A stretch of DNA of 63,045 nt, the filler included, from Dirinaria sp. TL-2023a (lineage: Eukaryota): assembly GCA_051941275.1 (NCBI GenBank). It is 54 parts of 54 records of this genome, joined end to end, with 100 filler letters (N's around TTAATTAATTAA, not from the genome) between each part and the next. Parts side by side here need not be neighbours in the genome. Positions count along the whole stretch, not along the records: positions 51,683 to 52,733 come from JAVEBF010003038.1; positions 52,834 to 53,882 come from JAVEBF010003039.1; positions 53,983 to 55,030 come from JAVEBF010003040.1; positions 55,131 to 56,178 come from JAVEBF010003041.1; positions 56,279 to 57,325 come from JAVEBF010003042.1; positions 57,426 to 58,470 come from JAVEBF010003043.1; positions 58,571 to 59,614 come from JAVEBF010003044.1; positions 59,715 to 60,758 come from JAVEBF010003045.1; 46 more parts are not named here. One strand, 5' to 3'. This document shows positions 51,683 through 63,045 of this stretch, piece by piece; position 1 is the stretch's first letter, and every line of letters starts with the position of its first letter. Under the pieces are notes generated by a model, which saw only the letters and a program-made list of their open reading frames with translations, had not been told where the DNA came from and ran no database searches. The translations under genes and the position numbers were made by a program.

Positions 51683-51970
51683 AACGATTGAATTCGACAT
51701 CAAGACGATTCAGTACTACGACAGAGAGAGCAGACTGAAGCAGTGCTTGAAGTGTCAAAAATATGAGCATCTAATTTACGCGTGCAAGAATAGTCAACAA
51801 TGCGCTCACTGCGCACAGAATCATCGCACAGAAATCTGCTCTAACATCAAGAAAAAGGACAGCTGAAAATGTGAAGCATGCAAAAGCAAACATCGAGCGT
51901 TTGATCTCAGATGTTCTAAAAGACAGACTGAAAAACAAAAAATCAGAGTCGTCGAAAGAGTGAGATCGAC
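51683..51970 (+). pseudogene. Tad-like LINE ORF1 with three Cys/His knuckles, mutated
   Basis: CLKCQKYEHLIYAC, CAHCAQNHRTEIC, CEACKSKHRAFDLRC. Confidence 0.85.
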
Positions 51971-52321
51971 TGTTATGCTAGTAAGAAGTTCCTTATGGAA
52001 ATCAAGTACTAGCTAGGTTATGTGGCAATGTGCAACAGTATGAGAAACAAGAAGTCTATGACTATCAAGACTAATTACTGAGGAACTCAAGTCCTCGGGA
52101 TGAGAATGGCCTCTTTATTCTATACGACCCCGCAATCACTTGACAGTATTGCGGATATATTGTACTGAAGTCTACGCAGCGCTTATAGAGCGATGACATC
52201 AACCCATCTAGAAGTTTCCGAGTATCCGCTTGGGTCCTACTGACCTCAGAGAACCTTGGGAAAGCTTTCACCCATCTCACGTAATAAGTCACTAGATCGT
52301 AAGGGTCAAAGTATCATGACA
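51971..52321. mobile_element. LTR family D (351 bp)
   Basis: TGTTATG...CATGACA termini; second copy at 44752-45076; no TSD. Confidence 0.8.
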
Positions 52322-52946
52322 AACATGCAGCGAGACGTTTATTATTTCAAGTATCGTAATTGATGACGAGAGGGTCAGATATGAGTTCTTCTACATAATG
52401 CATTCGGCGCTGCCGTTCTATTACTCATTCCGACAGAGCAGCATACTCAAGAAGGACATTCGATTAGCAGCAAGCAGTAAGAATTTCTTCTCGTCTGTGA
52501 AGTATCATTGTTAATGTTGCTTGATAGATACGTGAAAATCAAATCTAGCGACCGTGAGTCGTTCGTCAGAGCTCTGCAGAGACTACGGCTCGATCTAAAA
52601 AAGATGATTTTCGAGCTAGATTATTCTATCGAAATTCTCAAAGATGACATTGCACACTTACTTGAACGACTTCAGCAGCCGCGTATGTCTTCAGAAGCTG
52701 AAGGTCGAACGAGCTCAAGATAATTCATGATGCNNNNNNNNNNNNNNNNNNNNNNNNNNNNNNNNNNNNNNNNNNNNTTAATTAATTAANNNNNNNNNNN
52801 NNNNNNNNNNNNNNNNNNNNNNNNNNNNNNNNNCACAAGGGCAGAGAAACATCATGTTGCGGCAATTGCGAAGATTATACTCGTCCGCAAGCATCGCGAG
52901 TGTGATCTGAAGTTTACATTCTCAGCTAGATGAAGTGATAATATAG

Positions 52947-53163
52947 TGTTAGAACCGGTGCAGAGCTCTGGTCAACGCAGATATGATTAACTAAGGATAT
53001 TATTACTAAGGAAAGAAGAAGAAGGAAAACTAGATACAATAGAGGGTCCCGGGTATATATGCGTGTGTGCGGGTGTCGGGTAAACACCCCGGGTTAGCGC
53101 ATTACCCCTGAGAACCCTGAGAGGTGTTGCCCCAGGTAGTATACCAGGTGCATGCTCGTAACA
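52947..53163 (-). mobile_element. LTR family C (217 bp)
   Basis: TGTTA...TAACA termini, TATATA; partial copies at 54885-55030 and 58330-58470; no TSD. Confidence 0.85.
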
Positions 53164-53982
53164 ATCTGAGGACTTCTGATAGTTACAAATCTCTCTCGAC
53201 GACAACGAACCTTTTTTTCGATGAACTGAATTCGTCAAACGTTTATCAATATTGCACAATGCTATTATACAACAGAGTTTCTCAGAAGAGTCGCTGTCTG
53301 TGACGACTTTAGGGGAATTTGGCCTCAGGAGCGTCGCACGAAGCCTCGTCTGCTTGAAAGACAAGGTAGTTCTCGTGATAACTGACCTCGCTTGCTATTG
53401 AAGCGCGAGCTAGGGCCACGTCAATCTCGTTTAAGACGTTTCGATAGAGTCTAGCGCGAGGTCGGATTTAGGAATCAAGGTAGCAAAGAGAGAGCAAGCG
53501 TATTCGAAAGAAGAAACGAGTCGCTCATTTCTTTGGAGCTCCTCAGTTATTAGTCTTAGCAATAGAAGCAACCTGCTCTTTTGTCCCTCTCACTCATTAG
53601 CAAGAATCGTCGTCCGCGTTTGTAAGGTCGTATGCGCCGATTACCAGCCGACGCAGTACTTGTGTGAAAGACGTGGCAGTGTAATAGATTATATAACTAC
53701 CTGATACTGTAGTTTCTGCTAGAACTAATCACTAAGAACTTCTTTCGAAAAGATGAGTGATCCTCTATACTTAATCGCGAGCGTTAACATTGTCTCATCG
53801 TGACGAGCTTCGCGCTAACGAGTCACGAACGCTCGTAGACACAATGCTCTATAAGCGTCAATCGCTCACTGACTTCTAGTTANNNNNNNNNNNNNNNNNN
53901 NNNNNNNNNNNNNNNNNNNNNNNNNNTTAATTAATTAANNNNNNNNNNNNNNNNNNNNNNNNNNNNNNNNNNNNNNNNNNNN

Positions 53983-54544
53983 ACGAAAAAATCGCGCTGT
54001 TGTTGATATTAAAGAACTCAACAAGATAACAGTCATTGATTTTTATTCGTTATCTCTGCAAACAGATATCATCGCACAGATAACAGAATGCAAATACATA
54101 ATCGTCATAAACGTCGTCGATTAGTTTTATCAATGACGCGTGCGCGTGACAGATCGATACAAATTGACAGTAGTATCGCATCGAGATCAGAAGCAATACA
54201 ACGTTGCATTTATGAGATTCAAAAATTCATCTTCATATGTACAACGGCAAATCGATATCTTATTACAATCTTATCGTGTATTTGTCAAGACATATATGAA
54301 CGATTTAGTTATATTCAGCGAAATTTTCGAGAAACATTTAAAGCATTTGCGCGTTGTATTTACATTATTGAATCGTAAAAAGATTACATTGTCGCTCAAA
54401 AAGTCGTTTTTAGATTACTCGTCGATAATCTTACTGAGTCAAAAGATTGATGTCTTTGATTTGATCATCGCGACGAACAAAATAGTCGTTATTTAACGTC
54501 TTCAATTCTCGCGCAAACTTGCTGATTTAAAGCTCTATTTGAGA
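53983..54544 (+). pseudogene. Ty3/gypsy reverse transcriptase core relic
   Basis: RAVVDIKELNK, KLTVVSHR, FKNSSSYVQRQID, YMND (mutated YxDD). Confidence 0.9.
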
Positions 54545-54884
54545 TGTCACGAGTTTAATGCGATAGTGTTGAAACTCTCTCGAAGGAATCTCGAAAACGT
54601 TAACGAACGAGATTTCTATTTAAATCTCGCTCTCATGTATCTTAGTTCTGCATAGCTAATATTCTCGACAATATCATATTTATTTATGCAGTCTAAATAT
54701 CTGACATAATATTAGCTATCTCTTCAGAATCAGTCGACGAACTGTACTCTAAAAAAAGTTTTTCCGTCAATCTCTCGAGTCAGATTGCTAAAATATCACA
54801 GTAAACTTTTGCAAATGAGCTCAAATTTTTTCTTCATGTCGTCACTGCGTAAGTCGACAGCTTCGAAAAAATCAGTTTCGAAAG

Positions 54885-55030
54885 TATTAGAATCGGTGCA
54901 GAGCAAGTCAATGCAGATATAGTTAACTAAGAATATTATCACTAAGAAAGAAAGAAGAAGAAAAACTAGATACAATAGAGGATCTCGAGTATATATGCGT
55001 GTGTGCGAGTGTCGGGTAAACATCTCAATC
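54885..55030 (-). mobile_element. LTR family C, truncated, mutated
   Basis: Homologous to 52947-53085. Confidence 0.8.
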
Positions 55031-55376
55031 NNNNNNNNNNNNNNNNNNNNNNNNNNNNNNNNNNNNNNNNNNNNTTAATTAATTAANNNNNNNNNNNNNN
55101 NNNNNNNNNNNNNNNNNNNNNNNNNNNNNNCACGAACCCTCCGTAGACCCGAGGCAAATGCAGGTCCCCATTCACTCCAGCCGCTGCCATGTGCGACCTC
55201 ACATATTTGTATGACTCCCGCTGCAGTCATCGCTAGGTAGATGTCGACTTCCACTTGTCTCAGCCCACAAGGAACAATGATGACAGCTCACCAAGTTCCT
55301 GTCAAGCCTCCTTCTTGACCGCCTTCACAGCTCCAGGTCTCCAAAAATCTTTCTTCAATCGTTCAATAATCCCACC

Positions 55377-55380
<4 letters not shown>

Positions 55381-55408
<28 letters not shown>
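55381..55408. repeat. (CA)14 microsatellite
   Basis: Direct reading. Confidence 0.9.
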
Positions 55409-55411
<3 letters not shown>

Positions 55412-55458
55412 CAGTAAACCCCTCTTCTCGCCGTCCTCATCCCAGTTTCCCCAGAAGA

Positions 55459-56103
55459 ATGCCCGCCTCACTACACCTTTCCCCGAAACGCAAACGCTCG
55501 GACTACAACCTGCACACCCCACCACCGACATCGCGGCTAAGGACGAGCAACCTGCCCCCACGGAGCGAGATCGAAGACGACGGCGCCGGCCTGGATCGGA
55601 GCCCGCGCACGACCGTCGCGGGACATTTACAGAACCTCGACCTCGACCTCGACGACAACGACGACGGGAATGAGATGCCCAGCCTGCACGAATTGCAGAA
55701 CCCTCCAGCAGTACCACATACAACTACCCTAGCGGATGATCCTTTACTCTCCAACCCACCACATCACCACCCTGTCGTTTCATTCTCACTTGACACTTCC
55801 ACCCATCAGTTCAATAGCGGACCCCAACAGCAGCAGCAGCAGATCCCACTTACACCGCCCAAGGACGAAGGAGAGGGAGGAGGGGAAGAGCTCGAAGTCC
55901 CCGAGACACCGCGGCTCAAGCCGGTCTCATCGCCTCTCCTGAGCCCCAGCCCAAGAGGTGGCGGAGCAAAGATTAGCTCGCCGCTGCCGAGTCCGCGGAA
56001 GCAGGCGCTGTGGTGGAGCGAGCGGGAGATTACAGGGCATGAGTTGAGCGATAAGGATGATGACGGGGAGGGGATCAATGGGGTTGGGTTCTTGCCGGTA
56101 TGA
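55459..56103 (+). CDS. Fungal hypothetical protein, Pro/Ser-rich
   Basis: Long ORF with SPKRKR and WWSEREITGHELSDKDDDGEGINGVGF segment; possible intron at 3' end. Confidence 0.6.
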   Translation: MPASLHLSPKRKRSDYNLHTPPPTSRLRTSNLPPRSEIEDDGAGLDRSPRTTVAGHLQNLDLDLDDNDDGNEMPSLHELQNPPAVPHTTTLADDPLLSNPPHHHPVVSFSLDTSTHQFNSGPQQQQQQIPLTPPKDEGEGGGEELEVPETPRLKPVSSPLLSPSPRGGGAKISSPLPSPRKQALWWSEREITGHELSDKDDDGEGINGVGFLPV

Positions 56104-56477
56104 TATTTCTATTTCATTCCTCCCGATTCTTATCTCTTTTTTTTTGGCAGGCAACTGCTGTTACAACCACTATCTATCNNNNNNNNNNNNNNNNNNNNNN
56201 NNNNNNNNNNNNNNNNNNNNNNTTAATTAATTAANNNNNNNNNNNNNNNNNNNNNNNNNNNNNNNNNNNNNNNNNNNNAGACTGCACCTTATCAAATGCT
56301 TGTTTCACGTCGAGTTATCTTACTTTGCCAAGTTGAAGAATGGATGTGTGCATGCTGAGACTATTGATAAGCTTTTCAACGTGAGACAATCTTGCATGAG
56401 TGCGCTTTCGCGGAAGATGATGAACTCCATGCTCACCAGGCAGGTCAGCCATACTAGCTGCTTGAGTAGAGGACAGT

Positions 56478-57325
56478 ATGGATTCTGGTCCCGTAGATGC
56501 CGGCCCCAATACAGATGCGCAATACGATGATCCTACACAACCGCCATCTCCTTACTCCGAGAGGCGACAAGGGCAAAGAGAGGCTTACTTCCGAACAGCT
56601 TCACCCAGACGAAGTGGCGATCGCAATGGCTGGACTGTAAATAGCCACATCAAAGGTGACGGTTCTCATGAGTCAAGAGGGCGGCAGCGTAATCGACATG
56701 GAGAACCTGTAGAAACACCTGATCATCCGACTTACTACACCGTTGGCGCCACCTCTGACAAGGCCAATGGACATGCTTTCGTCAAAGACGAGAGTACGGC
56801 CAATTCCAGGACTAAGAAGATTGAATCCGAGAAACGGGATGTAGGTGTGCAACGGCTGTACAGATTCACACTATACGAAACGAATGCCCGATACTGGATT
56901 ACTGGCTCAGACCTTGCAGAGAAATACTTCCGCTTGCTGAGAATCGATCGCACCTCTCCGCCAGGCCAGATGACGCTATTCGAAGATGAGACTACTTATG
57001 ATCGCGGGCAGTTGCACGATGTACTCTCCACCATTGACGAGGGAAATCAATCGACTGGCGGCTTGCGCATGAAGTGTACCTTTTGGGGTCTGCTTGGATT
57101 CATACGGTTCACGGAAGATTATTACATGCTTCTCATTGCGAAACGACAGCACGCAGCTATGATCGGCGGTCATTATGTCTATCAAATTGATGGAACAGAG
57201 CTTGTGCCATTGACGACGGGCTCCAGTAATCGTTTTGTACAGAACCGAAATCCGGAAGAGTCGAGGTTTCTCGGCATACTAAATAGCCTCGATTTGACCA
57301 AATCCTTCTACTTCAGCTACTCGTA
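56478..57325 (+). CDS. FIG4: SacI-domain polyphosphoinositide phosphatase Fig4, 5' part
   Basis: FTLYETNARYWITG, WGLLGFIRFT, GGHYVYQIDGTELVPL, LDLTKSFYFSYS. Confidence 0.92.
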
Positions 57326-57425
57326 NNNNNNNNNNNNNNNNNNNNNNNNNNNNNNNNNNNNNNNNNNNNTTAATTAATTAANNNNNNNNNNNNNNNNNNN
57401 NNNNNNNNNNNNNNNNNNNNNNNNN

Positions 57426-57457
57426 TCTTACTACTTAGGTGTTCCAGGGTCGTAACA
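57426..57457 (-). mobile_element. Family A LTR end at contig edge
   Basis: Identical to 582-613. Confidence 0.85.
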
Positions 57458-57779
57458 CTCTCTTTCTTCTCTCCTCTTCGTCTCTCACGATCGATGCTGC
57501 ATGCAAATTCTCGATCGATCGATCGCGTTCGCAGTCTTCATCTCGTTCGTCTCATTCTCACCAACACAAAAAAAGAAAAAATTCACGTCGCAATCAAAGA
57601 CTCAAGAGCTAACAGAGCGAGAAAAAATGAAAAAAAAAAAAAAAAAAAGAATCGAAAAAAACTACGATTTCTTGTTGCGGCCCTGTGCTGTGACCTATCT
57701 TTATGCGGTAGTCTGAGGAACAGAGACGCACCATAATCAAGGAGACGCATCTTCCTGGCGTTTGAACTTGATAATCACG

Positions 57780-57914
57780 TGATCAGTTCAAGTAGTCCAA
57801 GAGGATCTGATGCTTAGACATCTTGATCAGTTCAAGTAGTTCAAGAGAACCTGATGCTTAAACATCTTGATCAGTCCAAGTAGTTCAAGAAGATCTGATG
57901 CTTGAACATCTTGA
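57780..57914. repeat. Three 44-bp tandem units inside a probable 5' LTR (about 57673-58049) upstream of a gag relic
   Basis: TGATCAGTTCAAGTAGTYCAAG...GATGCTT..ACATCT at 57780, 57824, 57868; KIKINKSNVYKNEREELVD*LL at about 58260-58329. Confidence 0.8.
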
Positions 57915-58329
57915 GCACTTAGCGCAGAAGAATTACTATATAGATCCTCAACACGACGTCTTTCTGACATCGTGTTCAATCTCAGTTAACTTGTTTACTA
58001 CTGTTACAAGTACTAAATATCTATCTTGTGTGATACTTGCTCTATCACATTGACATCCGTCGCTTCTGAACTGAATCTTTTCAACAGATCAAACTCTAGC
58101 ATCTATTATTAGATATCTGAAAATCTAGATTAATAGTAAAAGACGCAACAACATTGAACACTCATAGAATGTCTGTCTCAGAACAACGTTACTCTGTTTC
58201 AAACATCACTCACTTAGCAATCTCTCGCGACTCAATCAACAATGAACGTAACGATGATGACAAAATTAAGATCAACAAATCTAATGTTTATAAAAACGAG
58301 AGGGAAGAACTTGTTGACTGACTTTTACA

Positions 58330-58470
58330 TGTTACGAGCATGCACCTAGGTATACTACCTGGGGCAATACCTCTCATGGTTCTCAGGGGTAATGCGCTAA
58401 TCTGATCGGGGTACGCGACACCCGCACGCGTATATATCTGGGACCCCCATTGTATCTAGCTTCTCTTCTT
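58330..58470 (+). mobile_element. LTR family C, truncated
   Basis: Reverse-complement homolog of 53020-53163. Confidence 0.8.
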
Positions 58471-61400
58471 NNNNNNNNNNNNNNNNNNNNNNNNNNNNNN
58501 NNNNNNNNNNNNNNTTAATTAATTAANNNNNNNNNNNNNNNNNNNNNNNNNNNNNNNNNNNNNNNNNNNNTTCTTCCTACTTTTCATCTTCCCCATATTT
58601 CGAATCTAGCTTCTTTCATCTCTCTCCGAGCCATTTCAGCTCTAATTTGTCGTTGCTTTTTGCAGTAATCAGCCAATAGTGATGCTGTGACAGTCAGAAT
58701 TTCGCTTTCTCTCTGTTTTTTGGAGATCGCTTTTTCCTTCTGCTCCTTTATGACATTTCATTGCTTCTCCAGCTTTTTCAACTGCCCGCGCGTTGATCTA
58801 TTTCATGCAGTCATCTCTTCTTCTCTCTGCTTCCTCGCGGCCGCTTCGTCCTCCTTTTGCTTGGCATTCAATTCCTTCTGCAAATTCTCAGTCCGTGCTA
58901 TAAAATAATGCTTTTCGCGCAGTGAACTCTTCCTCACTTCGCCTTTTGGGGCGCCGGGATTTCTCTTCTCACGATTATTTGTTTTCACTCGTTCTTGACA
59001 GGTTGAGCTGAGCTTCATTTCCCTCGTCGCGCGTTTTTGCTCTATGCGCAACTGATTGAAGCCTTTCTTTGAGGCTTTTTGTGGTCTGAAGAGTTTTCTG
59101 ATAATTTCTTTTTCTTCTTCTCAACCCTCTTTGACTTGTTGTGACGCTGACAGTCTTTGGACTTGGCACGATGTTTGGAGGTCTTTGATAGTCGATCTTG
59201 CGCAGAAGTCGGCTGTACTTGAAGAGCGGTTGAAGCTGATAAAAAGGGGAATATAGCTGTGTACGACGACTTGAACGAATTGTATCTGTTGAGATACGAG
59301 ATTCATGCAAATCTCTGCTGCATTCGTATCAGCTGACGCTATCAAGCTGTCTGACCCTAAGCTGCCGGGAGAATGGTTGCTACTTGCGCCGCAAACTTCA
59401 TCTGCTCGTTAGACAATCTTTCTCCGCAAGTGTAAATGCCGGAATCTTACTCCATGAAGGAACCAGTGTTGAACTCCAGTTCCAGTTTCCAGTAGCACTC
59501 AGAGCTTTATTTCATATTGGGAAGTCAGCAGCAGCTTAGGTCAGCTAGATGATCTTTCTGTGAGTAAAGCTGGGAAGTTATTTTTTTGTCTGTTTGCTTT
59601 GTGTAAAATATACTNNNNNNNNNNNNNNNNNNNNNNNNNNNNNNNNNNNNNNNNNNNNTTAATTAATTAANNNNNNNNNNNNNNNNNNNNNNNNNNNNNN
59701 NNNNNNNNNNNNNNCATTACGATTTCTCCATATGTGTTCCTTGTGTCACTGGAGATCCTGCAGCCTCTTCAAATTTCTAATCGTGGCTTTGGGATCCGCG
59801 ACCTTTTCTAGCAGTCTCTTCATGCAATGATCTAGTAAACGATTAGTTTCTAGAATCGTGATATGGCATGTCTAGCAGTCTTTATCATGAGCTCTCAATA
59901 CGTATCTTATGATGAGATCAACCACTGAAAAAATATCATTGATATCAAGATTTTCCTCATCGCCGTCTGAGCGCTACTTTGATTCACTTTTCTTTCATCT
60001 CTTCACTACTCTAGATATCTGTAGAGCAGAGAGAGATAGATATGTGGCATTGTTTGGTGTTGAACTCGCTGAGCTAGACCACTCGACGCTGATGAGATAC
60101 GAAGCATCAAATGATCAAAGTATTTCTGATTTAATTGCGAAAATGTCGCTTAGAGACTCAGATGCATCGATCTCGGCCATAGAGTCTGAGATCGTGATGG
60201 ACTGGAGCGCATGAGATTCTGTACAGAAATTGGCTGTGTGTAAAATATATAATCTTCGAGCGGGAGGTGAGAAAGAGGCTCGGGCTGAGGGAAGAAGAGA
60301 TGTAATAGCGTGATGAATCTGAAGCGATATGGCACGTATGGCGATGAGTATTTAAACGATGTATCATTACCTATAGCTAGAATGTGAGTTCGTTCGGCCA
60401 TGCTATTTCTTCGCTGAGAAAAGAGAATATGGTGCCGGAAGCTATTCAGGCATGTTTTTTGGACGCAATTCAGGCTTTGGTCTTTTTCTCTTTTTCTTGG
60501 TGATGATTGTGCGTGGACGGTGCTGGAAGAGAAGGGAATATGAGAGGTATCTGATAGAGATTCCTGTAGACCTTGGTGGGTAGCGGCAATTAAAACCGAG
60601 ATTTTGGAATTGGTGGAATGGTTGGAATACCTTAGAGTTAGCAGTACTAATGTTTGTCTCTCGGATGAGAGACTTCAATATGGCCAGACATCGGAAGACC
60701 AGATTGAGACACGGTTAGAAATGTATAACGTTCGCCAGACCAAGATCACCATGTATACNNNNNNNNNNNNNNNNNNNNNNNNNNNNNNNNNNNNNNNNNN
60801 NNTTAATTAATTAANNNNNNNNNNNNNNNNNNNNNNNNNNNNNNNNNNNNNNNNNNNNGACGTCCTCTGGATAAGCATGTCGTGACGGAATTCGCCGGCG
60901 AGGTGCCGAATGGGATGGTAGACGTGGTCATTGCCGAAGAGGAGCAGGAAGTGCAGAAGGCGACGTTTCTGCTGAGGTTGGTGAAACTGTGATAGCAACC
61001 CGATTATGTGCCCTTGTGCTTGCGCGCAGGATGAGAGATGAGGCGCTCTAATTGCAATCAATAGACAACAAGTGGAAGAGATCACAAGGAACACATACCC
61101 AGCCACTACAATAATACTCGAACCTGCACTGCACCAAAAAGCAAAAATGCGCCTCGTTCTATTTCTTCTTCGCATTCCTCTAACCGTACCCATTAGCCCC
61201 TTTTCCCCACATCTCACAAACCACCCGCTCATGCCAATACTATTGCAAAATACCTACCAAGTAACAATCCTTCAACACCAGAAACTCCCTCGCGCACATA
61301 TCCTTATGCACGGCGTTGTAATCCGCCAGTATGCATTTGCCGTATGCGGAAGCCTGTTTCCCTCCTCCCGCCCAATCAATGTCAGCCAGCCCATATCATC

Positions 61401-63045
61401 ATCACACACTCTGCGTTTTTCCTTTGTCCGATAAATTTTATATATGGTCTTCATTCAAGTTGAAGGAAAGTACGGTCTAGGTATTACTGACTACTGACCT
61501 CGGCAGTACATTTTGATACGGCAGTGGCGAATTTATCGATTGGCCGGGTGCGGCCTGGCATTTTTTCCCGAATACTTTACTGATGCTGCGCTGGGGTTTC
61601 GGATTAGGATCGATGAGGGTTTGAGGGGAGTGATATGGTTCGTTGGGGATGTTATGGGAATATGATGGATTGATGGATACTGTACTGTACGGTAGAAATG
61701 GCATGCCGATGTCTATCCGAGCTTTAGCGCATGTCCATCCGAGCTTCAAACGGAAGGCGGTGTTAGGAGGTGCCTTTGCACCTTCCCGAAAATGTATCTA
61801 GCATGCTTTAGTCAGCGAGTGAGGGGGACTGCCCCTTCACCTTTAGCTTTTAGCTTTTTGCCTTTGCTTCTACAAGCAACTTAAGCCAGGTAGTCAACAA
61901 CANNNNNNNNNNNNNNNNNNNNNNNNNNNNNNNNNNNNNNNNNNNNTTAATTAATTAANNNNNNNNNNNNNNNNNNNNNNNNNNNNNNNNNNNNNNNNNN
62001 NNGGCCCAAATCCAGTTCACTCGTTTGTGCCTATATTTGCTAGTCCCATGAGGCATCGAAAGCACTTCGACCGAACGCCTGCCTTGCTGCGGCTGGGGAA
62101 AAAAAAAAAAAAAAAAAGAAACAGTGACTAGCAGCCCAACAACCTTTCCAATACAAAAGAGAAGCATGCTCGACTCCACCTTCAAAACCATCAATCATCG
62201 CTCGTCCGACGATGATGACCTTCATAGCTACCTTATTATCGCCTACCTTAGGTAGCCAGAGCGAACCCAACCATCGTCTCAACCCTAGAAAAACCCTGAT
62301 CCTGAACCGGCTACTGAAAACCTCTTAGCCTTTCCAGTACACATCAACGCAGCTCCAATAATCCACCAACCTAATCACTCTCCATCTTAAAGTCCGCAAA
62401 AAACAAGAAGAAAAAGAAAGAAAAAAGCTTTCTCGACGAGAGCGGAACATAAGGTCCAGAACAATTGGAACAGAGCGAGGGGGAATTTTCAAAACTGAGG
62501 TGCTCTTAGACGCATGAGTCTAGCGAGTTTCAGGCCGGCTTCGAAAGAACAACGTTGGGAATATGCAATGAGATGTACTACGTGGCGATTTTTGTTTGGA
62601 GGCAGATGGAGGGATATCTAAGGAAATCTCAGATGTGCCGCTTGTTCAAGATATTAATTTTCCTGGTGTATTTTTTTTAGAAGTTGGTCGGATTTCAATC
62701 ATGCTGATAAGATTCCATGACCCTTTACAGAGAATATCTATGTAGTTACAGGCAGGCAGGCCTTCACATAAGGCGGTGTAGACGCGAGCTCTTCTCGTGC
62801 GGATTTCGATCTTTATAGTCTATCGGAGAGGAGGTAGAAGTAGTACCCAGTGAAAGGAATGTCTTTGTGGGCTGCTAATTGCTACACTTGGAACAGAAAA
62901 CATGCGTTAGAGCTGCTACTCTTCTCGACTATTACTCTATCCGTGGCCATGACGTTTGCTCAGTCTCCAAGAAAATTCTCCCAGCTTTGTTCTAATCGAC
63001 AGAAATTACTTTGCCAGAGCTTAGATTGACGTGGTACATTCTACC

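Noticed and set aside
2397..57325. Apparent clustering of PUF6, NUP133, ORC4, BUB3, PPIL2 and FIG4
   Set aside because: Each is on a separate size-sorted contig; no synteny can be inferred
1100..62002. Regularly spaced TTAATTAATTAA palindrome resembling a CRISPR-like or repeat array
   Set aside because: Always flanked by 44 Ns on each side; artificial linker

Overview
This is not a contiguous locus. It is a pseudo-scaffold of 54 unrelated contigs (1099 down to 1043 bp, sorted by length) joined by 100-bp N44-TTAATTAATTAA-N44 linkers, so adjacency across linkers is meaningless. Almost all contigs come from a filamentous ascomycete (spliceosomal introns, TTAGGG telomere); a lichen-type metagenome is an inference. 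Gene fragments include PUF6, PRS, NUP133, ORC4, BUB3, PPIL2/Cyp60, FIG4, a CbbX-like AAA ATPase and two PTH11-like receptors. Much of the rest is mutated Ty3/gypsy, copia and Tad-like LINE relics, several short LTR families and MITEs. One contig (24916-25990) is bacterial: tRNA-Leu(CAG), an integrase N-terminus, and ISAs1 and IS5 ends. Best signals: (1) a 130-bp-LTR retroelement with a 13-nt self-priming PBS and a possible Pol III promoter split between LTR (A box) and internal region (T-arm/B box); (2) RIP-like hypermutation that targets CpC more than canonical CpA; (3) a telomere joined inside one of these LTRs; (4) MITEs whose TIRs carry telomeric repeats.
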